Assembly (NCBI GenBank): GCA_964016885.1
Contig: OZ024741.1
Coordinates: forward strand, 101,804,001 to 101,868,000
Reading direction: 5' to 3'
Source: Eledone cirrhosa
Lineage: Eukaryota
DNA: 64,000 nucleotides
Shown here piece after piece: positions 46,639 through 61,161 of this stretch (positions are counted from its first letter, which is position 1; the number at the start of each line of letters is the position of its first letter). Under the pieces are notes generated by a model. The model saw only the letters and a program-made list of their open reading frames with translations, did not search any database and was not told the DNA's origin. The position numbers were made by a program, and so were the translations under genes.

Positions 46639-47561
46639 ACAATTAAGTTAAAAATGTACATCTACATATGCATACTGAAATACTAGTGTGTATATGAATA
46701 CACACACGTATACATATGTAGGTGTACCAAGTCTTTCACTGGTCGCTTTACAGTGAGCGGCCCAGCTATTCTGTATGTAAACACACAGACAAACCGGTTT
46801 TTAGAGTCATACTGGGTTTTCGGGGGAACACCTTCTCCCGAAAACCCAGTATGACTCTAAAAACCGGTTTGTCTGTGTGTTTACATACAGAATAGCTGGG
46901 CCGCTCACTGTAAAGCGACCAGTGAAAGACTTGGTACACCTACATATGTATACGTGTGTGTATTCATATACACACTAGTATTTCAGTATGCATATGTAGA
47001 TGTACATTTTTAACTTAATTGTTTGAGCGTCAGTCATACAAAAGTGAGTTACAAACGAAACGAAATTTAATTTCGTTTCGTTATTTGTTTTTATCGTCTC
47101 CGCTGAACCGGTGCGTACTCACACTCTATGCAAATTAGTCTGCCCACTACTAATTTTCATAGAAAAAGCATATAACGATATGTGCTTTTACAATTCTCCA
47201 GAAAGGCCGGTAGATAGGTAGATATTGCTGATGAGTTGTAACAACAACGAAACTAGTTCAATATTCCTTGTCTGGCTTTCTGGAGAATAGGGGGAAGGTG
47301 TTCCCCCGAAAACCCAGTATGACTCTAAAAACCGGTTTGTCTGTGTGTTTACATACAGAATAGCTGGGCCGCTCACTGTAAAGCGACCAGTGAAAGACTT
47401 GGTACACCTACATATGTATACGTGTGTGTATTCATATACACACTAGTATTTCAGTATGCATATGTAGATGTACATTTTTAACTTAATTGTTTGAGCGTCA
47501 GTCATACAAAAGTGCGTTACAAACGAAACGAAATTTAATTTCGTTTCGTTATTTGTTTTTA
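46639..47561 (+). mobile_element. Non-coding PLE-type element: inverted partial repeat + two direct repeats around a hammerhead, inserted in (TA)n
   Basis: 46639-46835 is an inverted copy. 46837-47093 and 47305-47561 are direct repeats. Confidence 0.8.
47222..47264 (+). ncRNA. Minimal type I hammerhead ribozyme
   Basis: AUAUUG-CUGAUGA-GUUG(uaacaa)CAAC-GAAA-CUAG-UU-CAAUAU. Stem I extends via attctccagaaag/ctttctggagaat. Confidence 0.88.
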
Positions 47562-47572
47562 TATATATATAC

Positions 47573-47634
<62 letters not shown>

Positions 47635-47665
47635 GTACACAAATATGTACATATATATATATATA

Positions 47666-47748
<83 letters not shown>

Positions 47749-47779
47749 CATATATATATACATATATATATATATATGT

Positions 47780-47812
<33 letters not shown>

Positions 47813-47837
47813 CATACATGCGCATACACACACACAC

Positions 47838-47869
<32 letters not shown>

Positions 47870-47902
47870 CCATAAGTATATATATATATAAATGTATACA
47901 TA

Positions 47903-47974
<72 letters not shown>

Positions 47975-48001
47975 TATATATACATATGTATGTATATGTG
48001 G

Positions 48002-48034
<33 letters not shown>

Positions 48035-48052
48035 TATATATGTATGTGTATG

Positions 48053-48087
<35 letters not shown>

Positions 48088-48215
48088 GTATATGTATATA
48101 TACGCATATATATATATGTATATATATGTGCTTGCATGTATGTATGTGTGTATGTGTACAGTAAATCGGTGTATAATTATCAAGTATCTAAGTTATCAAA
48201 TAAGAAGACAGAGAA

Positions 48216-48344
48216 TTACGTAGGTAGTTCTCCGTCCATTTGGTTATCTAATCCAGCTGGAGTTAATGAGAATCCTATTAGGATTACTTTTCTAATACAC
48301 ACACATATGTATATACACTCATATATATATATATATGTTTGTAT

Positions 48345-48397
<53 letters not shown>

Positions 48398-48740
48398 ATA
48401 GAAAACTAAAAATCAGCGATGCATCTGAACTCAATTTATTGTGTGTTACAATTGTTTCGCCGGCGGACAGCTCGAGACGCGATCATTGTGTGGATCTGTC
48501 TGATTCTGGACCCGCAGGTTGTAATGATTTCGGAGCATATTCTCTCACTGAGAGAATATGCTCCGAAATCATTAGACGTGTCCGTCGAACCTGCGGGTCC
48601 AGAATCAGACAGATCCACACAATGATCGCGTCTCGAGCTGTCCGCCGGCGAAACAATTGTAACACACAATAAATCGAGTTCAGATGCATCGCTGATGTTT
48701 AGTTTTCTATTCTCTCTCTCTCTCTATATATATATCTACA

Positions 48741-48836
<96 letters not shown>

Positions 48837-48934
48837 TGCATCTACATATGTGTGTGTATTAGAGAAGTAATCCTAATAGGATTCTCATTAACTCCAGCTG
48901 GATTAGATAACCAAATGGAGAACTACCTACGTAA
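48216..48934. repeat. ~720-bp palindrome centred near 48549
   Basis: The arms mirror each other including their internal microsatellites. Centre: cggagcatattctctcactgagagaatatgctccg. Mirror ORFs appear on both strands. Confidence 0.9.
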
Positions 48935-49080
48935 ATCTCAGATGCATCACTGAGTTTTCGTTTTCTATTCTATCTTACTCTGCTCTGTAAGAGCATAGAG
49001 TGCTCAACCAACTTACCTCCTATGGAATCATCTTAGCTACCATCAGAAACACACACACACAACACACACATATATATATA

Positions 49081-49152
<72 letters not shown>

Positions 49153-49199
49153 TGTATGTATGTATGTTTGTATGTATGTGTGTATATATGCATATATAT

Positions 49200-49260
<61 letters not shown>

Positions 49261-51227
49261 TGGCTGCCAACTCGCGAGTACGGCCACTACTTTATATCCA
49301 TGTAGGAGAACCCCTACCGATGCGCTGAACGAGTGTGACTTGAAAACTCTGGTACAAACACTATCCTTGTGACAATTATTGACACATAGGGCTGAGCCCA
49401 TGGTACCATGTAATGACGAGTGCAGAGAGATCTCCAGACAAAGCAATGCCTGTGCCGTGAAGCTTTTATAGTGAGCAAAGGCACTGCACAAAGCCAGTCC
49501 GACTCTCTTAACCAAGATGATATTTACCAAAAAGAAAAACAAGTCAACATCATTGGATACCATACATACATCCATACATACAAACATACATACATACATA
49601 CATATATATTGTTTGCTATCTGTGACTATGGTGTTTTGGCTGATGCAGGTGAATCAATTGAGTGGTAACGGAATTGGTCTTAGCGTAGATTGTATACTTA
49701 TTGTGTTGGTGGTGATTGTAGTGGTGAAGATGGTGGTGGTGTTGCTGGAATGTTGTTATTGTTCTTGTGATGGTAGTGATGATGCTGATGTCAACACAGG
49801 CGTTTGGGATAATGCTGGTAGTGATGTTAGTTTCGACTTATCTTTGATGGTAATGATGATGATACCGGCGACAACGACGAGTACGATGACAATAAGGATG
49901 TCGATTCTCTTGTTGTGGTTGTTGTTGATGACGACGATTATGACGATGATGATGACGACGATGATGACGACGATGTTATGATTTCGATTCACTAAATCGG
50001 GAGAAGAAAAGCTTTGAATTAAAGTATTAATCTTTCTGTTTAATATACAAGCTTCATTGATTCTGGATCATATCTAAGAGTTTATCACGTTTTCACTATT
50101 ACCCTAATTTCGTTGAAACGTATGTGGAGTCAAAATGATCGAATGTTTAATTTATAGACCTTTCACTTCATACCGACAGAAAACATAACACTGCGTATTC
50201 GATCAGTACTTTTCTATGTATATTCTATATACTTTGGTTTTCGTAGTTATAGTGAGTATATACCTGGATTTCTGGGAGGGTTACTTGCTGTAAATTAGCG
50301 TCCATTCTAATGAGACATTCATAACTTATCCTCTGAAAACCTCTAATTCTCCAAGTCTAATTCAGAAGAAAAAGAAAAAAGAAATGCCGAAATTAATTTA
50401 GTCAGGCTTTGTAGCGTTTCAGCTGATTATAATACAATAATTATAATTAAAACCATACTATCATAATTATTATTATTACGATCATTCGCAGCAACAACTT
50501 GATCTCTGCTAAAATATTTTAAAATGTTTGTAGTTGAAGCAAAAAAAACAACAAACAAAACATAAAATAAAATAATAATCATACCAAGGGAAATATAGAC
50601 AATCAAACCAAATCAGACGACACAAACAAATCATTAGACAAACAGACTCTTTTTAATCAGAAACTTCAGCGATTGGTTACTAATATGTCTCGGAAGACAT
50701 GACGTCAAAGTGAAACCCCCCCCCCCACCAAAACAAAGAAAAGCAAATGACTTCTACTTTTCCATTCACTGCATCGGTCTAATTATATGCAATTAACTTT
50801 TTTCTGCATATATGTGTATATGTGTGTATATATCTACCTTTGAGTGTGTTTGTATGCCGTCATAATAGATTTACTATTTGTTTTTATTTTTTATTGTCTT
50901 CAATATCATTTTAAATAACGTTTTAAAGAAGAACGGTAGTTGATAGAATATTTTCGTATTTCTTCCGAACGACGGGATACCGTAATGGCGAAGAAATCTT
51001 ATTGTTTACTAAATGATAGAGGATAGATGATCGAATAAAATAAATAGATAAAAAGCTAAATAATAATAATTAAAAAAACACACATTTTTGTTCAATTTCT
51101 GGAATTGAAGAAGCTAATATAATATTTAGGTTTCGTTAGACAACATTGTCCTTGCAAATAATAAACTAATTTATCTTATTATTTTATTTCGATGTTTCTA
51201 TTTTATTTACGTGTATTCATGTTTACG

Positions 51228-51334
<107 letters not shown>

Positions 51335-51442
51335 AACGAAAAACAAAAATAACAAATTCTTTAAATATATTTTCCGCGGTGTTTCCAATTTTACTTTTTC
51401 TTTATAAGCTCTGTTTTGTATAGAACCTTACTCCCTTTTCAA

Positions 51443-51493
<51 letters not shown>

Positions 51494-51502
51494 ATATATA
51501 TA

Positions 51503-52150
51503 TACTAGCTAAACTACCCGTCATTTTGACGGTTCAAGTAGATTTCGATGTAGCTCATTAAACTAAACAGAAATCCAGTCTAGGTATACATTTTTTGACA
51601 ACAGTAAAAGCGCATCATGAAATAGAGAAGTGAAGTGAATAATAGACATTATTATGTACAAAGCATAATATTGTAAAAGTTATGACATCACTTAATGTAT
51701 GAACATCAAGCTTGAAAAGATAAATTATACAATGTCAAATCTATAACTTAACTTAGTAATCTGTTAGAAATTGCTGGTTGTGAAATATACAAAATGATAT
51801 TGTTAGTCTCAAGAAAGCGTACCTTTTGTTTCAAGTACAAAGAGTAAAATAAAATCCGAATGAGCCGAATTACGAAAGATAACTCTTGTCTTACTTAAAG
51901 ATAACTCTTGTCTTACTTAATCACGAAAATTCACACAAGTAACCGAAACTTTTTTAATGTCTCCAAAGGCCCCAATATCGATTTTTGAAAGCCTTTGTAG
52001 ATCATGTACAGGTTTTGTGCAAGGAGAAGCTTTGTAAAAAATTTCAAAGAAATCGCATGAATGGTTTAGAATATATGAGCCCTCATTAAACATTGTCCAC
52101 ACACACATACACACACATACAGAAAACTTCGTCTTTATATATATACAGAT
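51503..52150 (+). mobile_element. Non-autonomous Helitron/Helentron-like element
   Basis: 5' TACTAGCTAAACTACCCG with a small hairpin. 3' AAATTTCA...ATCG...GTTT, an (AC)-rich tract and CTTTATATATATACAGAT end, as in DINE-1/HINE-like elements. Confidence 0.5.
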
Positions 52151-52166
52151 ATACATACTCACACCC

Positions 52167-52223
<57 letters not shown>

Positions 52224-52224
<1 letters not shown>

Positions 52225-52965
52225 TTCTAGTCCTGTAGAAGCCATTTCTATATTAAATTTTATATATATATATAAATATATATATATATAAAATTTAATA
52301 TTGAAATGCTTTCTGCAGAACTAGAACTGTTTCATTCGAAAGAAATCATCAGGAAAGCAAATTGTCATTGTAATACGGTTGTATCTATGATTTCTGGTGG
52401 TTGGGAAAGGTTGTGAATTACGGGATGAGTAGAGGTCAATGGGAAAGGGATTTTAAAGAACAGGTATCCTTTGATTCTTTGAAAAACTATTTCTAGAAAT
52501 ATGCACAATAATACAATGATATAGATAAAAGACAAGATTCACAATATATATATATATATATATATATAGAAGTGGTTACACAACAGCTAGTTCACCATAC
52601 CGAGAACAATTGAGCCACCTTAGCGGATCCTCAGCTCGTAATGGACATGGTTATACGGAACAGGAAGGACAACCGTACGAACGCGCATGCGCAGAAACGA
52701 TCACTTCACACAGGCAATACTAAATTGCGTGCGAGAGGTGTAAGGGAGATAACTGCGAAAGTCCGAAAGTTTCTGGTTGATAAGAAAATTAGGATGTTGT
52801 TGTAATTCAATCTGGAGCTTTGTAGTTATGCAAGAGGTGTTTCCAGACGAGTGGACAACGTGTGAAGAATTCATTTCTGGTGTTTAGGCAATCACTATTG
52901 CGTAATATATATATATATACATATATATATATATTTCTAGTCCTGTAGAAACCATTTCTATATTA

Positions 52966-53044
<79 letters not shown>

Positions 53045-53310
53045 ATTATATATATATATAAAATTTAATATTAAAATGGTTTCTGCAGGACTAGAACGGT
53101 TTCATTCGAAAGAAATCACCAGGAAAACAAATTGTCATTGTAATACGGTTGTATCTATGTTTTCTGGTGGTTGGGGAAGGTTGTGAATTAGGGGATGGGT
53201 AGAGGTCAATTGGAAAGGGATTTTAAAGAACAGGAATCCTTTGATTCTTTGTAAAACTATTTCTAGAAATATGCACAATAATACAATGATATAGATAAAA
53301 GACAAGGTTC

Positions 53311-53315
<5 letters not shown>
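52224..53315 (-). repeat. Two direct copies (52224-52545, 52934-53315) of a PLE-type repeat with a terminal hairpin and hammerhead-like motif
   Basis: Minus 52308-52358: GCUUUC-CUGAUGA-uUUC(uuuc)GAAu-GAAA-CAG..CUG-CA-GAAAGC, with a non-canonical cleavage triplet. The second copy has CUGGUGA. Confidence 0.65.
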
Positions 53316-53398
<83 letters not shown>

Positions 53399-53658
53399 TA
53401 TACGCTGTCGAAATACTCGATAAATGCTCCGTCGCAACCGGCGCGAAGGGCTGCTTTCGGTTATTTGTCGGAGATTTCTTCATAGAAGCCTTTATTCTTA
53501 TAGCTTGGTCTAATCGATTTTTTATATGGTTAATTATGCTAACTGGGAGAGGAAATGGTAAATATTTTATCTGGTGATTCTATAGACATGTTTTATGATA
53601 TATAGCTCTGATTATTTAATTTATTAACTCTTCATTGAGCCACAAAGTGACCCGTTGT

Positions 53659-53747
<89 letters not shown>

Positions 53748-53760
53748 ACATACACACACA

Positions 53761-53818
<58 letters not shown>

Positions 53819-54783
53819 GATAAATCTACCAAAAGTTTACGGTAGTGTCCAATCCGTATGAAGAACTCAAGGTAATCCGGATATCATGGAAAGAAGAGAT
53901 CACTTTCGGTGAAAGATAAACGGAATACAGAGTCAAGATAAAATATTAAAAAAATAATGAATAAAACAATGAAACAGTTCCTTATATTAAACAAAAAAAT
54001 TTCATTATTTAACGATCGTTTCTAGGACATATATGTGTTAGAATTGGCATGCATATTCAAAAGATCTATGTACAAAATTATACAAACTATCAAAGAGAAT
54101 ATACATACCAACACATATATATGCTGTCTTCAGAAATAATGAAGTATATTTATTGATAATAACAACAATTCAAAATTACAGGTCTGTTTGGGAACAGATT
54201 TTAAATAGACCAATGAAATACATAAAAATTCATCAAGAAAATACAGTTAGGTGTGTGTATATATGCAAGTAACTTCGTTCACAGATATGCATAAAAATGT
54301 ATGTTCACATGCATACGCATGTCGAAAAAGTGTATGTAAATATAAAAATTCAGGGCTAATGTCTCTGTATGTTTATAATCCACAGACAAAATATACATAC
54401 ATATACATACATATATACACACATATATACACACATATACATACATTCATACACACACACGCATATATACATAAACACACACATACCCACGAACACACAC
54501 ACACATATATATACACACACACACACACACATACGTATATATTATTATTATAACTATATGGATATTGAGGCGCACACATAAACACGGCCACATACACTTA
54601 CATCTAGATGCAGAATTAAAAGTAGGTAAGGGAGTAAGTAATTAAGGAGGGTGTCAGACTCAGCATATTTATAAAAATGTATCTATAAATTTAGAAATAA
54701 AAAGAAATATAATAAAAGAAATAAACAAGTAAAACATATACTCATACATATAAATACACACCGATATATATATATATATATAT

Positions 54784-55698
54784 ATAGGAACCAGTAAGAC
54801 CCCGACAGCTGAGCTCAAGCCGTTTCGACGGCTAATTCTGGACTAAATGAAAATTTATCCTGGTATTTAAATAGCCGATCTTCTCAAGGGGTAATTCCAT
54901 ATATGGTCAAAGTGATTGTCAAAAATCAGTAGTAATTCTGTGGTTGCAAATTAGTAGGGGAGATGGTGGCTAAACCTGCCAGTAGGAGAAAGAGGGGAGG
55001 GGGTGGAGTAGACCCAATCAAGCGTTGGTAGTGCCAGCTACAGCTGGGCATGAGGTCAAAGAAGATACAGGGGAGGGGGAGGGGGAGGGGGAGGAAGTCG
55101 GAACGGTAGGTAGAACAATGGGGGGTAGAAATATATAGGAAAGAAAAAATACTGAGAGTGAAGAAAAGCGAATAAGTGTAAAGAAAAAAGTAAAGTAAAT
55201 TAAATTCTACGACATAAGTCTCTAGCTATTGTTAGGCTAGAATAAATAAAGAAAGAAAGAAAGAAAGAAGTAAAGAAAGAAATAAAGAAATAACGAAATA
55301 AGTAAAAGAACTAAGTGGGACGGAATAGGCAAGGACCCTTTTAAGAGGTATAAGTACGTAAATGATACGGTGACGGGTCAACAAAAGGGGCCAAAATACT
55401 AAAGAGACTACCTCTTTCTCCTACTGGCAGGTTTAGCCACCATCTCCCCTACTAATTTGCAACCACAGAATTACTACTGATTTTTGACAATCACTTTGAC
55501 CATATATGGAATTACCCCTTGAGAAGATCGGCTATTTAAATACCAGGATAAATTTTCATTTAGTCCAGAATTAGCCGTCGAAACGGCTTGAGCTCAGCTG
55601 TCGGGGTCTTACTGGTTCCTATTACCCACTCTACTACCTCAAGTATTGAGTACTTTGGTGCGTTATGGTCCACCTGGTTCCTTACCACATTTCCTCCG

Positions 55699-55700
<2 letters not shown>
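54784..55700 (+). mobile_element. Nested fold-back element in (TA)n with U3-A8 hammerheads (mirror copy at 61160-62076)
   Basis: Internal inverted repeat 54784-54992 / 55412-55622. Hammerheads at 54799-54892 (-) and 55514-55607 (+). Confidence 0.8.
55514..55607 (+). ncRNA. Hammerhead ribozyme, U3-A8 core variant
   Basis: ACCCC-UUGAGAA-GAUCGGCUA..UAGCCGUC-GAAA-CGGC(uugagcuca)GCUG-UC-GGGGU. Identical copies at 54799-54892 (-), 61253-61346 (-) and 61969-62062 (+). Confidence 0.72.
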
Positions 55701-55791
<91 letters not shown>

Positions 55792-56212
55792 CACACACAT
55801 ATATATATACACACATACTCACAACACACATATATACATATATGTATACACACATACATACACATACATATATATATACATATATATACATATATATATA
55901 CACACATATATATACACACATATATATACACACACACACATACATATACGTATATATACATACACACACATACCCATGTATATATACACACAACCACACA
56001 CTCACACACACATAAATATAGAGACATACATACACACATATATATATATATACATATATATATACATATATATATACACACATATATATATACATATATA
56101 TATATATATTAAAAAAATAAATAAATACATACAGTCAGACAATTATGCACATATATACACATACATACACACATCTCTACAAATACATATACATACACAT
56201 ACATACATACAC

Positions 56213-56310
<98 letters not shown>

Positions 56311-57647
56311 TCATACACACTTATTTACATGTGCACATATGTATTTTTATACTCACATACAAACACACAAACATACATACATACTTACATACACATACAT
56401 ACATCCACGCTTACAAATACGAATAATTATAGGGGGGGAAGGGGGATTAAAATTATTAGTGGGAAATAGTAAATATAGGTTTCAAGGAACATAGAATATT
56501 AATCTGCATTTAAATCATAATATGTGTTTACATAGTAGTGTCAGTATTAGGAAATGTAAGAAAGAAGGCTAAATTATGCATTTTAATATAAGTAGACTAT
56601 TAATTATAGGTTAATTAAAGTAAAAATAATTAATATATTAATTTCTAAGGTGTATACTACTTAGGTTTATAATATTTAAAGCGGAATTTTGAAGTTAAAC
56701 AGTAGTAGAGTATTAATTATAGCATAACTAAATTAAAAATATTAACATGATGGTATCAATTTTAGGAAATGAATTTTGTAATAGGGAAAGCCAAATCAAG
56801 TATTTCATCGGTAGTAGAATATTAATTATAGGTTAACTAAATTAAAAATTATATATTAATTTCTATAGTATATGTTAATTAGGTTTATAATAATTAAAGC
56901 AAATTTTGTATTTTATCTATAGTAGAATATAATTATAGGTTAATAAAATTAAAATTAATCTATATATTTATTTGTAAAGAATATATTAATTAGGTATATA
57001 TTTAAAAGTTTTTCTCAGTTTATGATTACATGATATTCTGCAATCCATCTGTATTAGAATTTTAATTTTAAGCTAACTAAATTAAAATTATAGGTTAACT
57101 AAATTAAAATTAATTTATAAATTAATTTCTAAATTGTACATTAATTAGGTTTATAATATTAAAAAGTATTTCTCTGTTATTGATTACACGATATTTTGTT
57201 ATATTTCATCTGTAAAGGAATTTTAATAAAAGGTTAAATAAACTAAAATTAATCTATAAATTAATTTCCAAAGTATATATTAATTATGTTAATAATATTT
57301 AAAAGTTTTTCACAGTTTATGATTACATAATATTTTTTAAAATTTCATCTGTAGTAGAATTTTAATTAAATTAAAATTATAGGTTAACTACATTTAAATT
57401 AATTTATATATTAATTTCTAAAATATATATTATTAATTAAGTTTATAATATTTAAATGTTTTTCTCAGTTTATGATTACACGATATAATTAATTCCTGTC
57501 GCTTATTTAATAGGATATCCTTAGATTTCATTATTTCAAATAGTTCTTGGGAACACAATCTACATTCATTTCTATTATTTTGATAAGGGGTGGCTCTTTT
57601 GAGCACACTCCAGGTCATATCATATTCTATATTCTTATTTCTATAAC

Positions 57648-59471
57648 CTTGGATAGAGTCATCCCACAAATAAGAAAACATGTTAATTTACCACTCTGGG
57701 AAAACACTTCCCAGGTAATTAACTGGTTTAAAAATATTAGATGTAAATCTTCTGCTTCATTTCTACAATTTGATATAGATAATTACTATTCTTCTATATC
57801 ACCTATACTCCTGAACAAAGCTTTGATATTTGCTAAAAATAGATCTAACTTAACTTTGGATGACATTAATATTATTACACATGCTAGACTAACACTTATT
57901 GAATTTCAGAATGAATACTGGACCAGAAACACATATAGTAATCTATTTGATATTACTATGGGTTCAAGCGATTCTGCCCAAATTACTGATCTTGTGGGCC
58001 TCTTTCTTCTTTTTAACATAAATGCTTCCTTTCCCCACCTTAAAGGTGGTTTATATCGTGATGACTGTCTTCTTCTTTCCAACAACCTTAGCCTCTCAGA
58101 AATAGAAAAAAACAAAAAGCTTATTAGAACTTTCCTTAAAGACTATTATAGTCTTCATATTACTTTTGAAAACACAAGTAAAGTAGTTAATTTCCTAGAT
58201 ATAACTCTAGACTTAGCTACGGGTATCTACCAACCTTACCATAAACCCAACCAAAACTTACACTACATACACTCACAATCTAATCACCCTAAATCTATCC
58301 TTAAAAACCTTGCATATAATATATCACTTAGAATTTCTAACCTTTCGTCTAACCAAGATGTATTTGATAAAAATGCGACCTTCTATAACGAAGCTCTAGA
58401 TAGAAGTGGCCACAAAAATAGATTGGAATATATACCTTCTACTAATAACACTATAAACATACAACCTAATATTACCAACAAACACCAAATGAAAAGTACA
58501 CACCTAAATGCCACTCACACTATACCCCAAAATACCAACATAAAACCAAATTTCTCTAACTCCTCTAATATAAAGTATAGTAACTCTCAAAAAACTACTC
58601 ATCATACAACTCTAATAAATGTTAATAATAAAACTCCTAATAAACAAGCTAAAACACCTAAATCAATAAATCTAACTAAAAATGTGCGTGGTGAGGTCAT
58701 TAACATTAATCCTCCTAGTAAACATCACGATGCATCCTATAAAAACAATAAACAACATAGAAACGTAATAGACGAGTTACTTGGTATAATGCTCCATTTA
58801 ATTTACAAATTAAGGATAATATTGCTAAAAAATTTTTTTATATCCTAGAGAAAAACTTCCCGCCAAACCACAAATACCATCAAATCTTAAATAGATCAAC
58901 AGTTAAATTCTCATACTCAACAACCAAAAACATAAAACAAAATATAAGTGCCTATAATGCATATAAATGTAAAAAAACCATAAGTATACCACCAATACAT
59001 CAAACTAACCATAATATCTCCTCAAATAAAGAATTAACGAAAGGTTGTAACTGTAGAAACAAAGCAAACTGCCCATTAAAAGGAAATTGTCTTGTTAACA
59101 ACATAGTTTATAAATATAAAGTTAAAACTAAAGATTCTATTTGCTCATATATAGGAGCTACTTCTAACAATTTTAAGGTAAGGCTTAATACCCACAAACA
59201 TAGTTTTAAAAATGCCGCACTGGCTAATACAACATCGCTAGCAGAAAAAATTAATAGTTATAGAAATAAGAATATAGAATATGATATGACCTGGAGTGTG
59301 CTCAAAAGAGCCACCCCTTATCAAAATAATAGAAATGAATGTAGATTGTGTTCCCAAGAACTATTTGAAATAATGAAATCTAAGGATATCCTATTAAATA
59401 AGCGACAGGAATTAATTATATCGTGTAATCATAAACTGAGAAAAACATTTAAATATTATAAACTTAATTAA
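57648..59471 (+). pseudogene. PLE polyprotein: 5'-truncated RT + CxCx5C linker + C-terminal GIY-YIG endonuclease (probably Hydra clade)
   Basis: FLQFDIDNYYSSI, FDITMGSSDSAQITDLVG, GLYRDD, VNFLDITLDL, SNHP. After frameshifts near 58760-58840: VTWYNAPF, CNCRNKANCPLKGNC, NIVY..YIGAT, CRLCSQE, LLNKRQE..CNH. Confidence 0.9.
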
Positions 59472-60330
59472 TAATATATATTTTAGAAATTAATATATAA
59501 ATTAATTTAAATGTAGTTAACCTATAATTTTAATTTAATTAAAATTCTACTACAGATGAAATTTTAAAAAATATTATGTAATCATAAACTGTGAAAAACT
59601 TTTAAATATTATTAACATAATTAATATATACTTTGGAAATTAATTTATAGATTAATTTTAGTTTATTTAACCTTTTATTAAAATTCCTTTACAGATGAAA
59701 TATAACAAAATATCGTGTAATCAATAACAGAGAAATACTTTTTAATATTATAAACCTAATTAATGTACAATTTAGAAATTAATTTATAAATTAATTTTAA
59801 TTTAGTTAACCTATAATTTTAATTTAGTTAGCTTAAAATTAAAATTCTAATACAGATGGATTGCAGAATATCATGTAATCATAAACTGAGAAAAACTTTT
59901 AAATATATACCTAATTAATATATTCTTTACAAATAAATATATAGATTAATTTTAATTTTATTAACCTATAATTATATTCTACTATAGATAAAATACAAAA
60001 TTTGCTTTAATTATTATAAACCTAATTAACATATACTATAGAAATTAATATATAATTTTTAATTTAGTTAACCTATAATTAATATTCTACTACCGATGAA
60101 ATACTTGATTTGGCTTTCCCTATTACAAAATTCATTTCCTAAAATTGATACCATCATGTTAATATTTTTAATTTAGTTATGCTATAATTAATACTCTACT
60201 ACTGTTTAACTTCAAAATTCCGCTTTAAATATTATAAACCTAAGTAGTATACACCTTAGAAATTAATATATTAATTATTTTTACTTTAATTAACCTATAA
60301 TTAATAGTCTACTTATATTAAAATGCATAA
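59400..60330 (+). repeat. Degenerate AT-rich tandem repeats derived from the PLE ORF end (mirror at ~56560-57500)
   Basis: Recurring tgtaatcataaactgagaaaaac..taaatattataaac..aattaa..agaaattaat..gttaacctataatt at ~59424, 59577, 59716 and 59874. Confidence 0.75.
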
Positions 60331-60593
60331 TTTAGCCTTCTTTCTTACATTTCCTAATACTGACACTACTATGTAAACACATATTATGATTTAAATGCAG
60401 ATTAATATTCTATGTTCCTTGAAACCTATATTTACTATTTCCCACTAATAATTTTAATCCCCCTTCCCCCCCTATAATTATTCGTATTTGTAAGCGTGGA
60501 TGTATGTATGTGTATGTAAGTATGTATGTATGTTTGTGTGTTTGTATGTGAGTATAAAAATACATATGTGCACATGTAAATAAGTGTGTATGA

Positions 60594-60665
<72 letters not shown>

Positions 60666-61086
60666 GTGTATGTATGTATGTGTATGTATATGTATTTGTA
60701 GAGATGTGTGTATGTATGTGTATATATGTGCATAATTGTCTGACTGTATGTATTTATTTATTTTTTTAATATATATATATATATGTATATATATATGTGT
60801 GTATATATATATGTATATATATATGTATATATATATATATGTGTGTATGTATGTCTCTATATTTATGTGTGTGTGAGTGTGTGGTTGTGTGTATATATAC
60901 ATGGGTATGTGTGTGTATGTATATATACGTATATGTATGTGTGTGTGTGTATATATATGTGTGTATATATATGTGTGTATATATATATGTATATATATGT
61001 ATATATATATGTATGTGTATGTATGTGTGTATACATATATGTATATATGTGTGTTGTGAGTATGTGTGTATATATATATGTGTGTG

Positions 61087-61161
<75 letters not shown>

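Noticed and set aside
48419-48689. Pairs of near-identical ORFs on opposite strands
   Set aside because: They are a consequence of the palindrome and have no recognisable protein motifs.
57547-57647. N-terminus of the 433-aa ORF as a true PLE start
   Set aside because: These codons are the antisense of the endonuclease region in the inverted arm. The RT-homologous sequence starts only at about 57648.
57433-57681. Separate minus-strand 82-aa gene
   Set aside because: It is the inverted duplicate of the GIY-YIG C-terminus (59258-59471).
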